Source: Mycolicibacterium smegmatis (lineage in GTDB: Bacteria > Actinomycetota > Actinomycetes > Mycobacteriales > Mycobacteriaceae). Taken from it: DNA of 32,000 nt. Location of the stretch: NCBI RefSeq assembly GCF_001457595.1, contig NZ_LN831039.1, positions 4,200,001 to 4,232,000 of the forward strand, given 5' to 3'. Shown piece by piece: positions 26,701 through 32,000 of the stretch (the first letter of the stretch is position 1; each line of letters starts with the position of its first letter). Both the position numbers and the translations under genes were made by a program. Under the pieces are notes generated by a model. It saw nothing but the letters and a program-made list of their open reading frames with translations, was not told where the DNA came from and ran no database searches.

Positions 26701-28332
26701 TCAGTCCGCTGACGAGACGGTGTCGCGCCTTTCGGTCTCGGCGGGGAGCTGGGCGACCTCCGCCGAAAGCGTCGACTCGGCGAGCGGCACCTGCTTGGCG
26801 AACGACTCCATGTCGTGCTTGGCGCGGTGCTCACGCAGCAGGTTCGCGATCTCGATCGCGTCACCTTCGGGAGCCGTCGACTTCCGGTAGGGCTTCGCGA
26901 TCCACATGTACAGCAGCCCGACAACTGAGACCACAACGAACCCGATCAACGCGATCCACCGGTCGTAGAAGGGCAAAGCCTGATCACCGTTCGGCCGGGC
27001 AAGCACGATCATCGAGAACACGCCGTACACAAGCGCGCCGATGCCGACGGGCCAGCCCCACTTGCCGAGCGTCCAGCTACCTCCAGGCGTCCAGCCCTTG
27101 GCGCGGGCGCGAAGTGCCGCGAAGACAACCATCTGGAAGGCGAAGTATCCGGCGAGCATCTGGAAGGCGGCGACGCGGAACAATGCGTCCGGCAGCAGGA
27201 ACAGCAGCAGGAAGAGCAGGATGCACAGCCCAGCGACGAATCCCAGGGCGTTCAGCGGCACTTTGCGGTTCGAGATCTTCTTGAAGATGTTGCTGCCCGG
27301 GAACATGTCATCACGAGCGAAGGAGAAGATCAGTCGGCTGCCCGCTGCCTGCTGGCCCATGACACAGGCCAGAAATGACGTCAAAGCGATGAGCAGGAAG
27401 ATCTTCGTGCCGGCCACACCGAAGGTGTCGGTGAGGATGGCGGTGATCGGATTGGCGACCTCACCGTCCACGATGGCCTGCAGGTTCGGCGCCGCAAGGA
27501 TGTAACCGACGAAGGCGAAGATCGCAGCGCCGCCACCGAGAAACACCGTGAGCATCATCGACCGCGGGATGGCCCGGCTGGGATTCGGTGTTTCCTCAGC
27601 GACCTCTCCGCACGCCTCGAATCCGTAGTAGAGGACGAGGCCGATGATTGCCGCAGTGAAGAAGGCGCTCGTGTAGTCGCCGCCGCTGCCCGTCCCGAAC
27701 GTGTTGAACAACACCGAGAAGTCGTTCTTGCGGGCGAAGATCAACAAGTAAAGGCCCACAACGACGATACCGGCGACTTCGGCCGCCAGGCCGACCTTGG
27801 CTATGGTGGCCAGAGTTTTGGATCCGGTCGAGTTGAGGCCGATGCAGATCAGCACGACGCACGTGGCGATGATGAACTTCTGCAGCGGCGTCGAGGAGAT
27901 ATTGGAATCCGAGTGGAAGAGGGCGAGCACGAAATCCGCGCTGAACATGGCTGTAGTGGTACAGCCGACGACAATGCCCGCGATGTAGATCCACGACATG
28001 ATCCAGGCGTATGGACCATTCCAGAGCCGGCGCGCCCACTGGTAGAGACCGCCGGCGATCGGAAACTGTGACACGATCTCACCGAAGACCATCGCGACCA
28101 AGAGCTGGCCGAAAGCCGCGATCAGAAGCCAGCCGATCGCGGGCGGTCCAGCGGTGGTGAGAGCCTGGGTGAACATCGACAGCACGCCCACCAAGGGAGA
28201 CAGGTAGAGGAAGCCTAGTGCGAAGTTCGACCACTGGCCGATCTTGCGGTCGAACTTCTCCTCGTAGCCGAGGACGCGGAGGTGGGCGTCGTCGCCCGCA
28301 AGCGACCTCCCCCCGCCGTGGTTGATGGACAT
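26701..28332 (-). CDS. APC-superfamily amino acid/amine permease
   Basis: MSINHGGGRSLAGDDAHLRVLGYEEKFDRKIGQWSNFALGFLYLSPLVGVLSMFTQAL...VFGEIVSQFPIAGGLYQWARRLW...YYGFEACGEVAEETPNPSRAIPRSM, typical of APC permeases. ATG 28332. Confidence 0.95.
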   Translation of the reverse strand: MSINHGGGRSLAGDDAHLRVLGYEEKFDRKIGQWSNFALGFLYLSPLVGVLSMFTQALTTAGPPAIGWLLIAAFGQLLVAMVFGEIVSQFPIAGGLYQWARRLWNGPYAWIMSWIYIAGIVVGCTTTAMFSADFVLALFHSDSNISSTPLQKFIIATCVVLICIGLNSTGSKTLATIAKVGLAAEVAGIVVVGLYLLIFARKNDFSVLFNTFGTGSGGDYTSAFFTAAIIGLVLYYGFEACGEVAEETPNPSRAIPRSMMLTVFLGGGAAIFAFVGYILAAPNLQAIVDGEVANPITAILTDTFGVAGTKIFLLIALTSFLACVMGQQAAGSRLIFSFARDDMFPGSNIFKKISNRKVPLNALGFVAGLCILLFLLLFLLPDALFRVAAFQMLAGYFAFQMVVFAALRARAKGWTPGGSWTLGKWGWPVGIGALVYGVFSMIVLARPNGDQALPFYDRWIALIGFVVVSVVGLLYMWIAKPYRKSTAPEGDAIEIANLLREHRAKHDMESFAKQVPLAESTLSAEVAQLPAETERRDTVSSAD

Positions 28333-29054
28333 TGGTATTCCTTCCAGAGTTGTCGATTCGCACATGCCTAGCGATGAGCGCCGAACAGCCAGTGCCGCGG
28401 TGCTACTGAGGTCGGCCGCCGCTTTGTGACTGCGAGCACACATGAAGTTTCATCGAGCACACGGGTCACGGATAGACGCATACCGTGCAACAGACAGGCT
28501 CATTTTTTCCCGACGTGGATAACGGGTGATGGCCTTGACAGCCCGTAATCCGGCCGAAAAATCGCTGGTCACAGGTATCCAGCAGGCATCGGACGCTGGG
28601 CGGATTCGGTCCTTGACATCCCGAACGGCAAGTACGGCATCGTGATCCGAGCGTGCAACCGCACCGCTGACGATTACACATGTTGCTCATTCCTATCCGT
28701 GCCCGCACGCCGCAGCGTCGTGTGCTGGTCCGCACCGCCTCACCGGTGGGCGCACGACGACAGGGAGTTCGGCGATGAGGCAGACGAATTGTGGCAGGAG
28801 GCGTGCGAACGCGCGAAGTCACCCGGCCGCAACAGCCATCGGGCTCGGCGCGAACAGCGCAAGATTGGTACGGAAGTTCCGCGCCGTCGCAAAGCACAAT
28901 TGCTCGTCATCAGCCGTGAGCTGCCACGCCGAGCACACGGTGGTGACTTCTTCGTCCAGAGCGGTTATCACGCTTCAGATCTCCCCGCTCGCCGAGGATG
29001 AGAATGACCGATTGGTCATCGACTTCCTGCGGGCCTATCTCACCCGCTCACGAA

Positions 29055-29726
29055 TCAGACGTCGCCTCGGCGGCGTGCCGCCCATGCCAGGCCTTGCTTG
29101 GTCAGACGCCGCACGTCGTCACCCGCCAGATCCTGTGGCGCATGGCCGATAGAGTGATAGAACACCCTGCCCTCACCCCAGTGCCGCACCCAGGCGACCG
29201 GGCTTTTCAGTCCGTCGAACCAAGCGAAGTGCTCACCCGAGAAAGTCGTCTCGGCAAGCACATGGTTGTTGGGGTCCACGCTCATGTAGTACTGCTCAGA
29301 TGCGACCGGGAAGTCGTTGACGCCCCGGGTCACCTCATGGTCGGTGTCGAGAATCTTGACGTCATAAGGCTGCGGGTAACCCTCGCCGGCGGGGTGTGCG
29401 AGGAAATCGCCGCCCAGCATCAGGTGATATCGCAGGCTGGACCGGAACGCCGCAGCAGCGCCGTGCCACGCCGCCACGCCCGTGCCCGCCTCGACCGCCG
29501 CCAAGAGGTGATCCTCCTGCGAATCAGACAGATCCTCGGTCGTCAGAGCATTGTTCCACCCAAGGATGATCAAATCGTAAGAGGTCAGATCACGGTCTAG
29601 GGTGAAGATGTCCTGCGACTCCTCCAGGCGGAATCCCAACTCGCCGACCAACCCACGCGTCCACTCGGCAATGTTGTACGGACTGTGCCCCGGCCAGCCG
29701 CCGTAGAGGTAGAGGACGTTCGTCAT
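29055..29726 (-). CDS. ThuA-like domain protein
   Basis: MTNVLYLYGGWPGHSPYNIAEWTRGL...YDLIILGWNNALTTEDLSDSQEDHLLAAVEAGTGVAAWHGAAAAFRSSLRYHLMLGGDFLAHPAG...DTDHEVTRGVNDFPV...PVAWVRHWGEGRVFYHSIGH. Confidence 0.85.
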   Translation of the reverse strand: MTNVLYLYGGWPGHSPYNIAEWTRGLVGELGFRLEESQDIFTLDRDLTSYDLIILGWNNALTTEDLSDSQEDHLLAAVEAGTGVAAWHGAAAAFRSSLRYHLMLGGDFLAHPAGEGYPQPYDVKILDTDHEVTRGVNDFPVASEQYYMSVDPNNHVLAETTFSGEHFAWFDGLKSPVAWVRHWGEGRVFYHSIGHAPQDLAGDDVRRLTKQGLAWAARRRGDV

Positions 29727-31192
29727 GAGTTGGCGCTTCCTTCCATTGCGGTGCGGATCTCTCTTTGCAGCACCAGCAGTTCCCGGGGACCGACGAGGGC
29801 CTCCGGCTTGAGTAAATCATCTACCTGATCGGAGGTGAGTAACTGTTCCGCCACGACCAGATCTGGGATGGGCTCACCGGTCATCAACGCCTTCTTGGCG
29901 ATGCGGGCCGCTTCGGCGTAACCGATGTAGGGGCTCAGCGCAGTGACGACGCCGATCGAGTGGGTCACCGAATCCAACAAGCGCTCTCGATTGGCAGTGA
30001 TACCGGTGACGCACTTGTCGATCAGTGTGCGGCACGCGCGATCGAGGTGCGTCAAAGACTGGAACAGGCTGTGAGCGATGATCGGTTCGAACGCGTTCAA
30101 CTGCAGCTGACCGGATTCCGCGGCCATGCTGACAGCCACGTCACAACCCACGATCTCGAAGGCGACCTGATTGACGACTTCGGGGATGACGGGGTTGACC
30201 TTCCCTGGCATGATGCTCGACCCCGGCTGCACGGCAGGCAGATTGATCTCATTGAGGCCCGCCCTCGGCCCCGACGACAACAGTCGGAGGTCGCTGCAGA
30301 TCTTTGACAACTTCAACGCGGTCCGCTTGAGGACACCCGACACCTGGACGAACGCCCCGACGTCCTGCGTCGCCTCGACGAGATCGTGGGCGGTCGACAA
30401 GGACAGACCGGTGACGGCCGTCAGCTTCTCGCATACCAGGTCCGCGTAGCGGGGATGCGAGTTCAACCCGGTTCCGATGGCCGTGCCGCCCAGACTGATC
30501 TCACAGATCAGTTGCGCGGCCTCCCCCAGCCGATCGGCGTCTTCACCGACCATCACCGCGTACGTCCCGAACTCCTGACCGAGTGTCATCGGGACGGCGT
30601 CCTGCAACTGGGTGCGCCCCATCTTCAGGATGTCCTTGAACTCCTCGGCCTTGACCCCGAACGCCGCCGAGACACGGCGCAATGTGGTTACGAGCGCCGC
30701 GAGCTGCTCCTGCAGTGCGATCTTGATCGCGGTCGGATAGACGTCGTTGGTGCTCTGACTCATGTTGACGTGTTCGAGCGGGTGCAGCTCGGAGTAGTCA
30801 CCGCGAGCGAAACCGAGTATTTCCAGAGCACGGTTCGCAATGACCTCGTTGGCGTTCATGTTCGTCGAGGTGCCGGCACCGCCCTGAATCGCATCGACCA
30901 CGAAGTGTTCGTGCAGTCGGCCGGCACGGATCTCGTCACAGGCTGCGGCGATCGCGCCCGCGCGGCGGCCGTCGAGTAGTCCGAGCTCCTGATTTGCTTC
31001 GGCGGCAGCACGTTTCACCGCTGCCAGCGCTCCGACGAATTCCGGATACGCCGCGACCGTGACGCGTGAGATGGAGAAATTCTCCACCGCACGCGCGGTG
31101 TGGATCCCGTAATAGGCGTCGCCGGGAACCGAGAGTGCACCCAGTGAGTCGTACTCGATCCGCGGCGCCGTCGTCGGCGCTGTCACCGCCAT
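29723..31192 (-). CDS. aspA: Aspartate ammonia-lyase (fumarase/aspartase superfamily)
   Basis: IEYDSLGALSVPGDAYYGIHTARAVENFSIS...GAGTSTNMNANEVIANRALE...VNMSQSTNDVYPTAIKIA...GTAIGTGLNSHPRYADL...PGSSIMPGKVNPVIPEVVNQVAFEI. Confidence 0.92.
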   Translation of the reverse strand: MAVTAPTTAPRIEYDSLGALSVPGDAYYGIHTARAVENFSISRVTVAAYPEFVGALAAVKRAAAEANQELGLLDGRRAGAIAAACDEIRAGRLHEHFVVDAIQGGAGTSTNMNANEVIANRALEILGFARGDYSELHPLEHVNMSQSTNDVYPTAIKIALQEQLAALVTTLRRVSAAFGVKAEEFKDILKMGRTQLQDAVPMTLGQEFGTYAVMVGEDADRLGEAAQLICEISLGGTAIGTGLNSHPRYADLVCEKLTAVTGLSLSTAHDLVEATQDVGAFVQVSGVLKRTALKLSKICSDLRLLSSGPRAGLNEINLPAVQPGSSIMPGKVNPVIPEVVNQVAFEIVGCDVAVSMAAESGQLQLNAFEPIIAHSLFQSLTHLDRACRTLIDKCVTGITANRERLLDSVTHSIGVVTALSPYIGYAEAARIAKKALMTGEPIPDLVVAEQLLTSDQVDDLLKPEALVGPRELLVLQREIRTAMEGSANS

Positions 31193-31734
31193 GTGTCAGC
31201 GGGCCGAGCCTGCGCGGCGGCGGGCAGCCCCTCGTAGAATCCGTCGGTGGCGCACGTGGTCAGTTCCAGCTGCATCCCCCAGGGAGACTTGAAATAGAAC
31301 CACCGCTGCCCGGCGACGGGCGCCTGCGGATCGACGCCATTGGGGCCCTCTTGCACCACCACGCCGGGAATGGACCTGACGTAGTCATAACCCGCGTCGA
31401 TGTCGTCGACATAGAACGCCAGATGATGGCCACCCACGTCGCTGTTGCGGGGCAGCCGGGTGTTGCGATCCGGTGCCTCGTACTCGAACAGTTCCACATT
31501 GTGGTGCTTGCCGATCCGGATCATCGCGATGGTGCACTGCGCCAACTGATCGACGTCGAGCCGGCGTCGCATACCGTCACCGTCCTCGTCTCGGAGCGGT
31601 CCGTCGCGGTAGATCAGCTCGGCACCGAAGTGATCGACGAAGAACGCCACCGCCGCCTCGAGGTCCGGCACCGTGTACGCGACGTGGTCAACCGCTCGAA
31701 GGGTCGGTACCCGTGGTTCTTTGATCTCGCCCAT
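31183..31734 (-). CDS. VOC-family (glyoxalase/extradiol dioxygenase fold) protein
   Basis: LRAVDHVAYTVPDLEAAVAFFVDHFGAELIYRDGP...NVELFEYEAP...GGHHLAFYVDDIDAGYDYVRSIPGV...FYFKSPWGMQLELTTC. Confidence 0.9.
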   Translation of the reverse strand: MGEIKEPRVPTLRAVDHVAYTVPDLEAAVAFFVDHFGAELIYRDGPLRDEDGDGMRRRLDVDQLAQCTIAMIRIGKHHNVELFEYEAPDRNTRLPRNSDVGGHHLAFYVDDIDAGYDYVRSIPGVVVQEGPNGVDPQAPVAGQRWFYFKSPWGMQLELTTCATDGFYEGLPAAAQARPADTWR

Positions 31735-31742
31735 GCCGCCGC

Positions 31743-32000
31743 CTAGATCTGCGCGGGCGCGTCGACGACGAAACGGTGCCCGGTCCAGGGCAGCTCGTCA
31801 CCGCCGAACTTGGCGGCACGGACATCAGCGGAACGCGCGTGCCCCTCGAAGTTCTCCAGCCGCGACGCTCGACCGCAGATGCGGCCGAGTTCGGCGCTGG
31901 ACGCCGCGTCCTCGATCTCCTGGTAGGTCACGGTCTTCAAGAACTTGCCTACCCACAGACCGCCGGTGTAATTCGCCGCGCCCAGTGTGGGGAGGACATG
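31743..32000 (-). CDS. Histidinol-dehydrogenase-family protein, C-terminal fragment (N-terminus beyond window)
   Basis: Minus translation HVLPTLGAANYTGGLWVGKFLKTVTYQEIEDAASSAELGRICGRASRLENFEGHARSADVRAAKF; HVLPT...GLWV resembles the C-terminal region of HisD/HpsN-like dehydrogenases. Confidence 0.75.
   Translation of the reverse strand, partial: HVLPTLGAANYTGGLWVGKFLKTVTYQEIEDAASSAELGRICGRASRLENFEGHARSADVRAAKFGGDELPWTGHRFVVDAPAQI

Noticed and set aside
1-32000. CRISPR arrays, tRNA/rRNA genes, toxin-antitoxin or phage-defence systems
   Set aside because: No regularly spaced repeat arrays, tRNA-like segments or recognisable defence proteins were seen by eye; no search tool was available to exclude small or divergent ones.

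Overview
GC-rich actinobacterial chromosomal window (probably Gordonia/Rhodococcus/Mycobacterium-like; genus is inference only) dominated by accessory catabolic genes. From left to right: (1) an edge-truncated MFS transporter; (2) an intact IS3-family element at 1587-2950, with near-perfect terminal inverted repeats and a 3-bp GGG target duplication, inserted inside a minus-strand reading frame that becomes open again when the IS is removed in silico; (3) a large LuxR/LAL-type ATPase regulator; (4) a frame-disrupted SDR gene and an NmrA-like NAD(P)-binding protein; (5) a GntR/FCD regulator followed by a compact, partly overlapping operon of MHS transporter, HAD 'type II' hydrolase, PLP aminotransferase, RidA-family protein and amidase, with a shared TTGTTAAC motif at both the regulator start and the transporter start; (6) a minus-strand group with a gamma-resorcylate-decarboxylase-like amidohydrolase, a quinone-oxidoreductase-like dehydrogenase, an acyl-CoA synthetase and a pseudooxynicotine-hydrolase-like alpha/beta hydrolase; (7) a second quinone-oxidoreductase-like gene divergent from a TetR regulator; (8) a luciferase-like monooxygenase divergent from an SDR resembling mycofactocin-coupled enzymes, with duplicated operator-like sites between them; (9) a LacI regulator convergent with an APC permease, then ThuA-like, aspartate ammonia-lyase, VOC-family and histidinol-dehydrogenase-family genes. 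No CRISPR, tRNA or rRNA was recognised. The best candidate for an undescribed system is the GntR-controlled amidase/aminotransferase/RidA/HAD module; its substrate cannot be determined from sequence alone.
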